From assembly GCA_030704615.1 (NCBI GenBank), contig CM060732.1:78430001-78494000 (forward strand): a DNA stretch of 64,000 nucleotides, written 5' to 3'. Under the pieces are notes generated by a model. It ran no database searches and was not told where the DNA came from. It saw nothing but the letters and a program-made list of their open reading frames with translations. Origin of the DNA: Takakia lepidozioides. Taxonomy: Eukaryota; Plantae; Bryophyta. Both the position numbers and the translations under genes were made by a program. This document shows, piece after piece, positions 22,688 through 33,545 of this stretch. Within the stretch, counting starts at the first letter, position 1, and every line of letters begins with the position of its first letter.

Positions 22688-24430
22688 CTATCCCAAGCAG
22701 TGTGGACACAACCAATCTCCGTCAGGAACCTTCTCAAGAGGTGGTGTCAAGCATCCCATATGCCAACCCCTTGAGCATCGATCACACACCAGCATGGTGG
22801 CTGCCCCTTTGGCAGACCCACAGAGCATGCACCTCAAACCTGCAGGTACCACTGCCAAGTTTGGGTCAACTCTGCCATCGACATTGGGAAGGTGACATGG
22901 CGCACAATTACGCACATGGTCCTTCCAAGTCATGCCATCCCGACCCTCCAAGATCAGGACCCCTGAGGGCAACACCTCTCGAACCCTCAGAATAACACGC
23001 CCTGCAGTAACATCCAGAGTCGTAGGAGCAGTCTGCTGCAAATAAACATAGTCACCAGGGCTAAACCTCCGAACCCCAGGACGATATCCTCCACCACGTA
23101 TAGTGGCATACCTCAACGTATCACGGTGCTGTGCAATGGCAAGGTTCTCAAAAGCCATGGGCATGACTTTCTTGAACAACTCTGCACGCTGATCACATGC
23201 ACGTACCCACACGTCCGGATCGTCAAGGTTAAGGACTTGAGCAGTGTCCCTACGAATGGCTGCAGGCAAATCCGGCTCTCGGCCAAAGAGAAGGAAATAT
23301 GGTGAGAAGGAGGCAAGTGATGCTTGTTTGCTGAACCTGTAGCCCATGGCTAACCAAGGAACCTGAAGATCCCAATCTCCTAGGTGTCCCTTCTGCAAGC
23401 CATACTTGCGCAAACCCCTCTTCACCGTCTGAACAACTCTCTCTGCTAAGCCATCGGCCTCAGGATGATCCCGAGAAGTGGTGCGGTGGTCTATCAAGGC
23501 TTTATCACACAAAGCCTGAAACTCCCCCAAGAACTCTCTCCCTTGGTCCGTGAGTACCTCAGCTGGAGCACCAAATCGGCTAAGCACACGATCCAAGAAT
23601 GCATACGCAGCCCCCTCACTAGCCTTGTCAGGCAATGGAACCAACTCAATCCACTTGGAGAAGTGCTCCACCATCACCAACACATATCTGTGGTGGCGCA
23701 TAGTCAGTGGCAACGGTCCTGCGAAGTCAAGACTCCACCTGTAGCCCAATCCCATGATAGGTAAAGGATGCAACTGTGGTGTAGGGGCGTTGAATGAAGC
23801 ACGCACCCTGTCACACACCATGCACCTAGCCACAAACTGTTGCACCTCTGTATGCATACCACGCCACCAATACTGCCCCTGCAGTAAACTGTGAGTGCGT
23901 CGCACTCCAAAATGCCCCAACTCCTCATGGGCATGCCGCACTAACCGTGCACGCTGTGTGGGGTGAGGCACAATCCTCACCCGACCATCCTCCCACACTC
24001 GAAGTAGGTGTATCCCCTCCCACTTGAACCTCTTGGCTCGTTGCAGGATCCGATCCCTCTCCCTGGCAGTCACAATGGCTGCCGTGTCTCCCGTGCGGAG
24101 GTAGTCCAACACAGCCGAATCCTCATGTATATCTCTGGCACCACCTAGCTCATCACTAGCCTCAGGGTCCTCAGACACTCCGTCTACAGTCATCCCTGTT
24201 GTAGGTCCAATCTGACCTCCCGATGCCAAGATACACAAAAATGCAGATGCGTGCCATCCCGGCACCATCTCCTCGTCCGTCTCACCATGCCACCGAGCTC
24301 CAGTGTCATCCTGCTGGCTCATGCATGGATTGCGACTCAATCCATCCGCATCCCGATTGACCAAACCCGGTCGATGCACAACCTGAAAGTCATACTCCTG
24401 GAGTATAAGTGCCCACCGTGCAAGCTTCCC
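22688..24430 (-). CDS. Integrase (HHCC, DDE) with C-terminal PHD finger (22697-22831)
   Basis: HEELGH...CMVC, WSLDFAGP, VLTDQGREF, GLAERVV. C4HC3 finger: CMLC...CDRC...HMGC...WLCPHC. Confidence 0.95.
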   Translation of the reverse strand, partial: GKLARWALILQEYDFQVVHRPGLVNRDADGLSRNPCMSQQDDTGARWHGETDEEMVPGWHASAFLCILASGGQIGPTTGMTVDGVSEDPEASDELGGARDIHEDSAVLDYLRTGDTAAIVTARERDRILQRAKRFKWEGIHLLRVWEDGRVRIVPHPTQRARLVRHAHEELGHFGVRRTHSLLQGQYWWRGMHTEVQQFVARCMVCDRVRASFNAPTPQLHPLPIMGLGYRWSLDFAGPLPLTMRHHRYVLVMVEHFSKWIELVPLPDKASEGAAYAFLDRVLSRFGAPAEVLTDQGREFLGEFQALCDKALIDHRTTSRDHPEADGLAERVVQTVKRGLRKYGLQKGHLGDWDLQVPWLAMGYRFSKQASLASFSPYFLLFGREPDLPAAIRRDTAQVLNLDDPDVWVRACDQRAELFKKVMPMAFENLAIAQHRDTLRYATIRGGGYRPGVRRFSPGDYVYLQQTAPTTLDVTAGRVILRVREVLPSGVLILEGRDGMTWKDHVRNCAPCHLPNVDGRVDPNLAVVPAGLRCMLCGSAKGAATMLVCDRCSRGWHMGCLTPPLEKVPDGDWLCPHCLG

Positions 24431-25821
24431 GTAAGCTTGTCTGACTCCATCAACCACTTGAGTGGCTGGTGATCCGTGACAAGGGTGAAAAGATTGCCGT
24501 ATAGATAGCACCTGAAGTGTGCCACGGCCCACACTGCAGCTAAGCACTCTCCCTCATATGAGCTGTACTTAGCCTCTGCAGCGTTGTTCGAGCGGCTAGC
24601 GTAAGCCACTACGAACTCTCTTCCCTCATCATCCACCTGTGTGAGCACCGCTCCAAGCCCCAGCATGCTCCAATCCGTATGCAGCTGAAAGGGACGCCCC
24701 CTGATAGGTCGTCTCAAGATAGGCGCCGAGGTCAACCTCGCCTTGAGCTCTTGAAAAGCTCGTTCCTGCTCATCTTCCCACTGCCACTCCTGGTCCACCT
24801 TGGTCAGCTTGGTTAGAGCCTTTGCAATGGTACTAAATCCCTTGACAAACCGTCTATAATAGTTTGCCAACCCCATGAAAGCTCGAACTCGGCTCACATC
24901 CGTGGGGCGTGGAATTTGTGCAATGGCCTCTACCTTAGTCTGCTGTACCCCCAATCCTCCAGGATATATCATGTGACCCAGATACTCAATCTGGTTGTGG
25001 AAAAACTTGCACTTCCCCGGATGCAACTTCAATCCGTGCGCTCTCAAGCGCTCCAATACCACCTGAAGGTGTCTCTCATGCTCCTCCATCGTAACACTAA
25101 AGATGATGATGTCATCTATGTAGCACCGAGCAAAGTCCACCCCTGCTAGAATCCTATCCATGACTCTCTGAAACTCTGCAGGAGCATTCTTAAGCCCAAA
25201 TGGTAAGAACCGCCACTGATATAGGCAATCCTTGCCGTGCTCATTGATCCCCCAGAATGCCGTCTTCTGCTTGTCCGCCTCCTTGATTGGCAACTGGTGA
25301 TATCCGGATCGTAAATCCAAAGTGCTAAAGGCCTTAGCATGCCCGATGGCATCAAAGATCTCCTCTGGTGTTGGCATGGCATACTTATCGGACTTGGTCT
25401 GACGATTTACAGGCCGGTAATCACCGCACATACGTCTCTCCGTCCAATTGCCATAGACATCCTTCTTGGCTGGCATCACTGTGGCTGAAGCATACTCTCC
25501 ACCAGAGAGCTCCACCAAACCTGCCTCCCAGAGATCTTGAGTCCTCATCTGAATCAAAGACCTCTCCATGTCACTGTATCTATAGGGTCTCCGAAAGATT
25601 GGCGTGTCAGTGGCCAACTCAATACGGATCTCTTGACCCTTCAGTGCTCCCAAGTCCTTCAAACTGAAGGCAAAGCAATTCCTGTAAGCCCTCAGGAACC
25701 GCCGTATACGTCGTCTCTCTCCTCCGGTGACAATGGGTCCAATGTCAGGCTCCCAATTGTCCTCCGTAACTACAACCTTAAGTCCAGTGGGCTTAGAGGT
25801 AGAGGACGCGTCCCGTGGTTG
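24431..25821 (-). CDS. Reverse transcriptase and RNase H
   Basis: [39 protein letters not shown]; RNaseH LHTDWS, YEGECLA, TDHQPL. In frame with the MTase ORF across a single TAG. Confidence 0.95.
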
Positions 25822-27144
25822 CTATGCTGCAACCTCTTGAGCAGTACTCCCTACCTGCTCAGTCAATGACAAGGCATCATCCTGCCCCATCATCTCATCC
25901 TTGAGGACCTCCTCAACTCGAGAAGAATCCCCAACCTCATCCATCACAGCCGCCTTGGCTGCCAACTCCCTCTGAACCTCGAGCACCTCCCACGTGTGCC
26001 ATGGATGCATGCACCCCGTGGTCCTCATATGCTCGCCCCCACTCACTGCCTGTACCGTCTCGGTAGGCAGAGAGACCATTGAGGGAAGTGTATTCCGCAC
26101 TCTGCGTTGCTCAGCTAGAGCCAAGCTGATAATCCAGGTCAAGCAATTGAGATCCATTGCTTGCCCCAACACTTGACGACGTGATGCCTCAGAAAGAGAC
26201 GACACCGCCGTGGTACCAGTGGTAAAACCCATTGCCCGCTCACGCTCGTCAGCATTAGGCTCCACTAACTGCTGCAACTGAGCATCCCACAGGAGGCCAG
26301 GTCCACTATCCCGGAAAGCATGCGATCCTGGGAAGCTGAGCAGTGTAGGTAATGCTGCTCGTGGTTGACCCACCTTGTTGACCACTGCCAAAGGCGAACG
26401 GTCATCGTGTCTCACACGTTGAGACTGCCTCCCTGTGTCCAGAATGTTATCCACTGTGAGATGTGCTGGCCGCTGCACCCCATCAAATGCACGCTTGAGC
26501 AGTGCGGGTGGCATCATGTTAGTCCACCATAGCCGTGGACGATGAGCCCGTGACCCCACTGTAGCTGCATCCAGCAACACTGCTGACCCAAGCCACGACC
26601 GGACTTGATGCACACTGGCCATCACCCTGGCCCGAGAATCGCCCATCAGTGGCACATTCTCCAAGATGTATGCTGGAGATACAGCTTGATGAAGCTGCAA
26701 GTGGCGCAAAACCCGCACCATCTCCCAAAACAGACCCGACCTCGAGTCTCGCAATCCATTGCCATGCCCGGCTGATGAATGCCCTTGGCAGGGCCAACCT
26801 GCCACTACCAGATCAATGGAGCCAACCCGCTCCAAATCCTGCGCCCCCAGCAACGAAATGTCTGCTGGCAAGGCCTGCTGATATCCACGAATTGCAGACA
26901 CCGACAACAACTCAGGGTACCGCTGCACCAACTGAGCAACATGGCGAAGTGAAACGCGTCGTGCAGTCTCATCCCTCTCCACATACAGGTAACGCCGAAC
27001 TCGTACACCTGCCTGTAACACAGCAGCCAATCCGGTGCTGATCCCGCCAAACAAGTCCAGAAGACAAATGCCTTCATCCGGAGACTGCCACACAATAGGT
27101 GTGGTGTCCAATGGAGACAATTGAGGTGGTCCTGGTGCAATCCC
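25822..27144 (-). CDS. C5 cytosine DNA methyltransferase domain, DNMT3-like (catalytic core about 26130-27069)
   Basis: Motif I LLDLFGGISTG, II YVERD, IV DLVVAGWPCQ (Cys codon 26790-26788), V LFWEMVRVL, VI YILENV, VIII AHRPRLWWTN, IX ERERAMGF, X RRQVLGQAM, all in linear order. Confidence 0.93.
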   Translation of the reverse strand, partial: GIAPGPPQLSPLDTTPIVWQSPDEGICLLDLFGGISTGLAAVLQAGVRVRRYLYVERDETARRVSLRHVAQLVQRYPELLSVSAIRGYQQALPADISLLGAQDLERVGSIDLVVAGWPCQGHSSAGHGNGLRDSRSGLFWEMVRVLRHLQLHQAVSPAYILENVPLMGDSRARVMASVHQVRSWLGSAVLLDAATVGSRAHRPRLWWTNMMPPALLKRAFDGVQRPAHLTVDNILDTGRQSQRVRHDDRSPLAVVNKVGQPRAALPTLLSFPGSHAFRDSGPGLLWDAQLQQLVEPNADERERAMGFTTGTTAVSSLSEASRRQVLGQAMDLNCLTWIISLALAEQRRVRNTLPSMVSLPTETVQAVSGGEHMRTTGCMHPWHTWEVLEVQRELAAKAAVMDEVGDSSRVEEVLKDEMMGQDDALSLTEQVGSTAQEVAA

Positions 27145-28656
27145 ACACTCTCCTCCTCTCCTGACGGTACAAAAGCCTCCACCCAGGCTTGTTGCACCCG
27201 TCGATCAGCATCCCGCTGCAAATCCTTGCTCGTGCCCCACAATGGAGTCTGAGCAACCATGGTAGGCAACTCCGCCATACCATACATGTCATCCTGCTCT
27301 CCCGGAGGTGGTACATCCTCTGAATGAGCATTGCCCTCAAGCAACTCTCTAGGCCAACTCACTGCCGCTGTGAATGCTGCTAGTGTCGGCATCTTGCCTC
27401 GCTGGGCAACCGCAACTCCTCCTATGAACGTCACAGGGAGCTGCACACGCCGGCCCTCCCCTGACTGCCATGCAGGCCTATAGGAAGCTGACTCCTCCCA
27501 AAAATCCAGGGTGAAGCCCATGGGGTACAACACTGCCCCACCAACCAGGACATCGTATGAGACTGCGTCTGTCACAATGGCCTTGGCTCGCATCACTGAG
27601 CCATCTGTAGGGTGATCCGGCCGTAGTCTGATAGCCAACTCATGCCGTGTCATGCCCCGAGCCTGCTCCGATCCTCCCAGAGACGTCTGTATCTGGAAAG
27701 GACAAGGCTCCATATCCGCCTCCGTGAGGCCCAAGCCTGCAATAGCAGCTCTGCCCAGCATCAGTGGCTGAGCTCCCGAGTCCAACAAGACTCGCAGTGG
27801 CCGGTACCTCTTGCCTGCCGGTCCACTCAAACAGAAAATGTCATCCTGGTTGTCTAACATGACAACTCCAGGTGTCACCATGGCGCGCTCAATGGCTGGC
27901 CTAGCTGGCAGCTCCATCAACCTGGCAGCTGCAGCTTGCCATGGCGCCGCCGTGGCAGTCTTGACCCTCAAATCCGAGGATCCCTCCGGCACTACACCTC
28001 CCACTATCTCCGCAGAAGATGAAGTAACCTCCCCACTCTCACAGAGTGTAGCTGCCAGCCTGAACACCTCAGCTGGTCTTACCCCGGCGTCGCAATCATG
28101 GTAGCCGAAGAACAATGGAGCCTGGCACACAGATGTGGCCGCTCCTAGCAGCACACTAGCTGCCGTAGCCTTGGCAACACTAGGTAGTGGTGCTACCCGT
28201 GTAGCTCTCCCCAATGGCATAGTGACCTCCGCCTCGGTAACAGTCGGGCGAGAACTAGGTGCCATGGATGGCGTCGACACTGTCTCCGCCAATGTGAATG
28301 ACTGAGGAAGCCTAGCCTGACGGCTTGCCTCCCCACGCTGTGGATCCAACTCCACCTCTGCACCTCGTGGCTCAGGAACTCGTGCTGCTCCTCGAGTCAC
28401 GGCTGCAGCAGACTCCACCTGCACTAGTGGTAGTGCTGCTCCACACATGAATCCCATGCCTCCCATATCTCCTCCCTCAGGAGCAGGAGGTGGACCATCC
28501 GGCCTTAGAGCCGGTACCACCTGAGCTGTAGCCATGGCAGCGAGCCTCTGCTCTAGCTGCTGAAGCCGGTTGGCCATGCCTTGGTCAACACCCTGACCTC
28601 CGCGTCCTTGGCCACGTTGAGCTTGCCCTTGGCCTCGTGGCTGGCCACCTCGTCCC
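27145..28656 (-). CDS. Gag-pol linker and retropepsin aspartic protease
   Basis: RVLLDSGAQPLML and YDVLVGG motifs. Confidence 0.88.
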
Positions 28657-30183
28657 TCTGGGCTGCTCCACCTCGCCCCCGGCCACCATTGTTCCCTTGG
28701 AACTGGCCTGGGCGCAACTCAGGATGCAAACCATAACACTGAGCCTCTCCATGCCCGTGTTTGCCACAATGCCCACACTGTAACTGTGCAGGCTGTGCAT
28801 GTGCCGGCCCTTTGCCTCCCTCTGGACAATCCTTCTTGACATGGGGTCCTCCACATGTCCAGCACACCACATCCGCCCGTTGTTGGCCAGCAAATGAAGG
28901 GAGAGACCCCTGCATCTGAGGTCCTCTCTGCCCTTCCCTGAGCTTCACCTGAGCCCCCTTGTTGCCTTGAGCACGTTGAGGTAGTGGTTGGCTAGGAGCA
29001 CCACTACCCCGTGGTGTCTCCTTAGCAAATCCCACCATGACCACTCGTTCCTCCACCATGTTGAGCTCTATCCGCTCTGCCAGCAAAAACACATTTGCTA
29101 AGGTGGGTTGGGCCGCTTGTAGGAGAGTTGCATCCCGCACCCTTCTCCTCAGCTCCTTGTCCAATATCCCATACCAGAATTGGACTGCCTGAGCTTCCGT
29201 AACCCCTTGGGTTACATTTATCAAGCGCCTCATGCGAGTGAAAGCCTCCCTCAAGCTCTCGGTCGGCTTCCGTTGGAACTCTTGCAAGCTCCGCAACTTC
29301 TCTGTCCTCACCCCTTGGTAGTTCCCTCTCAACTCTTCGAAGAACTCCACGACAGGGTTGAAGGCAGGCACGGGTGCTAGTGCTGGTGCGGTAGTGGCTT
29401 GGGTGGACGTCGTAGCTACTGTACCACCAGTCCCACTGCTGCCTGCTGAAGCTGCCGGTGCAGCGGCAGGTGTAGCCACTGCCCTCGTGGCTCTAGTGCC
29501 CCTAGTGATGGAGACATAGTCGGGTGACCAGTACATCCTCCACTCCTCGATCTCAACCTCATGCCCCCGCCTGAACTCATGGTAATCATCCATAGGCGGC
29601 CCCTCAAGGTGCTGAAACAGCCCTTTCCATGCCATGAACGGCGTAAATAGTTGTGGATTGCGCATTTGCTGCAAATCACACCAACTATCAAACTCTTGGA
29701 TAAAATCATCCAACTCAATGGTGCCCACCGCCCCAGAGTACCTTCGTGGCCCCTTGGTAGCTCCATACATCTCCTCCATTGTGTCCCACAACAATGGCAA
29801 AGAAACAACTTGCACCGCCGGTATGAGTCCTCCTGATTCACAATCCGAATCAGAACCTTCCGTAGAAGACACAGGAGGTGAAGGTGGCCTAAACCGCACA
29901 CCTCGTCTCGTGTACCCACTAGTATCGCTAGTGCTCGAACCGGCACTGTCCCCAGCAACTAGTGGCACCTCCGTGTTGACACTCAACCGGTCATGAACAT
30001 GTCCCTAACCCCCTCTCCACAAGGTAACCGGGTAGAGAACCTGTTGCGGCTTATGGTTTGGAATACTAAGTTCCTAACATAGCCTACACCTGTACCTGCA
30101 TCCACCGCAAGCACTCCTATGGTTGGCTGGTCACTCACCTCCAACCTCACCACAGGAGAAACAATGATGGTCTGGCTGGTCAT
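28657..30183 (-). CDS. gag: Gag with two zinc knuckles; start uncertain (ATG 30183 if a further 1-nt slip at about 30004 is corrected)
   Basis: FQRKPTESLREAFTRMRRL, CWTCGGPHVKKDC, CGHCGKHGHGEAQC and an RGG-rich tail. Confidence 0.85.
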
Positions 30184-30689
30184 CACCCCAGCCTCACCAT
30201 CGACAGCATGCTCTAGGACTGGCCGGTGATCAAATCCGGACCAATCACCTATAAAAACAAGCGCCCACACAAAACTAGCATGGCGCACAGTCAAGCATGC
30301 AGGTATGGAGGGGATCCAAACACAAGAAATCAGATCGACAACTCCCCCACACCAAAACAACTCCACGGTGTTGCTCCTGCAAGGACACCCCAGCCCAAAC
30401 CCGGACTGACTCTTGCCTCCACCTACGGAAAGGTCTTGGCCTAATGAGAGGGTGGAAACTACGAGGAAGAGAAGCTAAAGCAATGCCTAACCCCAGCATG
30501 CTCTCATCCCAACACTCTGCCTCTCCTCTCTATCCTCACTTGCATGACCATGGGAATATCATGAAGATACTCCTCAAACCGCCCTCCACGAGCTTCAAAA
30601 TTTGGCCTTCCAGACCACATGCCAGTCCTTAGGCAGTCCACCAGTGCCTCCACGAGTCAGCACAGGCCGTCCACAGGTCAACACGGCCA

Positions 30690-32105
30690 CCACAGACCAG
30701 CACAGGCCCACACAGCTCACTGGTCAGGCCGTCACAGTCCCACAGGCCACTGGGCACAGCCTGTCGCAGCCCTCACAGCCTCAACAGCCTGTCACAGCAC
30801 AAACGCCTCAAGGCTCACTTCCACGGCCTGTCACACAGCCTGACCAGCCGTCACAGCCCCACAGGCCACAGGGCACAGCCTGTCACAGCCCCCACACACA
30901 GCCCTCAACGCCCTCACAGCCTGCCACAGCCACCCACAGCCCGTCACAGCCCCACAGCCTCACAGCCTCACACCCTCACACCACACACCCGTCACAGCCC
31001 CCAGGGCACAGGGCACAACCCTGTCACAGCCCCTCACAGCCCTCACAGCCCCAAAGGCCTCAGGCACGGCCTGTCACAGCCCCTCACAGCCCGTCACAGC
31101 CCCAAAGGCCATGGGCACGGCCTGTCACAGCAGCCATCACACCACAGCCAATCCCCCTCACAGCACTGCCTTCACAGCCCCCCAAGCCATCACAGCCTTC
31201 ACAGCCCCTCACACAACCCTCAACCCACACCTCACACACACGACAGCCCTCACAGCCTCAGCACCCTGTCACACCCCTCACAGCCCGTCACAGCCCCAAA
31301 GGCCATGGGCACACAGCCTTCACAGCTCGCCACAGCCTTCACAGCCCGTCACAACACACCTCCCCAAGGCCTCAGGGCACAGCCTGTCACAGCCCCGCAC
31401 AGCCCGTCACAGCCCCAAAGGCCACTGGGCACAGCCTGTCACAGCCTGACACACACATCAGCCCGTCCCAGCCCCACATCCTCACACACAGGGCACAGCC
31501 TGTCACAGCCCATCACAGCCCATCATAGCCGGTCACAGCTCCACAGCCTGTCACAGCCCGTCACAGCCCCACAGGCCACTGGGCACAGCCTGTCACAGCC
31601 CGTCACAGCCCCACAGGGCACAGGGCACAGCCTGTCACAGCCCCTCACAGCCCGTCACAGCCCAAAGGCCTCAGGCACGGCCTGTCACAGCCCGTCACAG
31701 CCCCAAAGGCCACTGGGCACAGCCTTCACAGCCTGACACAGCTTGCCACAGCCTGTCACAGCCCGTCACAGCCCCACAGGCCACTGGGCACAGCCTGTCA
31801 CAGCCCATCACAGCCCCACAGGCCATGGGCACAACAGCCTGTCACAGCTCGCCACAGCCTGTCACAGCCCGTCACAGCCCCACAGGCCTCAGGGCACAGT
31901 CTGTCACAGCCCCGCACAGCCTGTCACAGCTCGCCACAGCCTGACACAGCCCGCACAGCCCCACAGGGCACAGGGCCAGCCTGTCACAGTCCCTCACAGC
32001 CACGCCCGTCACAGCCCCAAAGGCCTCAGGCACAGCCTGTCACAGCCCCAAAGGCCACTGGGCACAGCCTGTCACAGCCTGACACAGCCCGTCACAGCCC
32101 CACAC
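30690..32105. repeat. Minisatellite of about 1.4 kb made of CACAGCC/CCTGTCACAG units in the element's 5' leader
   Basis: Dense cacagcc, tgtcacagcc and ggccactgggcacagcc units. Confidence 0.93.
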
Positions 32106-33503
32106 ATGGCCGCTCTGGCAGTTTAGCCATTTCTCCAAGGGGTTTAGCCACGCCAAGCTAGGGTTTGTGTCTCTTGGACTCTAGGCTTCTTTCCACCGAG
32201 CTATGGTGGCTGTGAGGAAATCAGCAAGGTATCCTTGCTCTTTCGGCTCCCACACACCACCATAGTAGCCCTAAGCCATGAGGTGGTTGCCACAAACCAA
32301 GCCTTCTTTCTCACTTAGCCTCCCCAACCACGCCACTAAACTCAATGGCAAACAACCAAGCCCTGCTGGTTCCCAGCCCTTGTGAGCACTCATTCAAGCA
32401 CTCCCCTCATTGACCATAGCATCTGTCTTAGAGCCTATTCCAGCCCTCTACACCTGTTGCTTCAAGAGTTGCGCTCCCTCCAAGCTTGAAGTTGAAACCC
32501 CAACTCACATAGGCCCTACAAGTGCTGTTCTTTCACTCCAAGTGGAAACCAGCCCTAGACCTTCCGTTCTAGCTCTCTAAGGCTTGAAACAAGAGCCTCA
32601 ATGGGCTGAAGGCATGCTCCACACATGCCCCACTCTCACCATAAGAGAATCAGCTCCTTTGCTTCATTTCTCGCACCCACAAACCTGAAAGTGCAAGCCT
32701 TCATCAGGCTGATAGCATGCTCCACACATGCATTGCCCTCACATAAGGGAAGTCAGCCCTTCCACTTCCTTGCTTGCCCTCCAAGCTTGAAGATGGAAGC
32801 TTCAATGAGCTGAATACATGCTCCACACATGCAACCTCTTCACACAAGAGATATCAGCCCCCTATCTTGGCTCCTTGGCTCCTTGATGCTCTCTAAGACA
32901 AGACTAAGCACTCCACAGCCTTTGCCAAGCTCCTGAAACCCTAAGACTTACATTTCCAGCCACAAGACACTTCTCTTGTGGTGCAAGAGCTCTTCTTCCA
33001 GCTCTGAAACCCTAGGTGCACATTCCATGGCCTTGCCGCACCTCTTAGCTCCTGTTCCACCATGCTCTTGCCATGACAAGAGCCCTCTCAATGCTGAAGC
33101 TCGAGATTGAAACCCAATCTCACCACACTCCACAAAGTGCATTGATTTGCCGCAAGCCAAATCAGCCCTTTCGCTTGGTCTTGCAATCCTTCACACAATG
33201 AAAGCTCGCATTCCCAAGTCCAGTTCTCAGCTTTGCCACCAAAGCCACTATAACCTGCTCTTGACTGGTCCTCTTCCCAATCGTGCTTGCTCATGCATGT
33301 ACACAATCTGGAACCATCAAGGTGCTCTGGAATTACCTGCAGCATGGTGCTTTCATCTCTGAAGCTGAAGATCAAATGCCAAGGTCTACCACCTCGTAAC
33401 CCACATCGCCTCCGCTTCTAACAACCAAGAGCTCCACGGTGCTCCTTGCATAACAATTTGGTTTCTCTCATTCTCAAGCAAAAACCACAAGTGCTACAAC
33501 TAA

Positions 33504-33545
33504 CTCGTATCTAGCACTCATAGATACGAGCTCATCTTTCTCGAG
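33504..33545 (-). promoter_or_regulatory. Non-tRNA PBS-position sequence (16 nt complementary to 33711-33726) plus adjacent 10-bp hairpin
   Basis: GCTCATCTTTCTCGAG (33530-45) is the exact reverse complement of CTCGAGAAAGATGAGC (33711-26). Hairpin: ctcgtatcta-gcactca-tagatacgag. Confidence 0.7.

Noticed and set aside
25822-27120. Bacterial restriction-modification gene or contamination
   Set aside because: It is in frame within a retrotransposon pol that is inserted with a TSD in plant PPR sequence, and its motifs are DNMT3-like.
30602-32126. Long P/Q/S/T/H-rich ORFs on the plus strand
   Set aside because: They are by-products of the CACAGCC minisatellite, open in several frames, with no domain.
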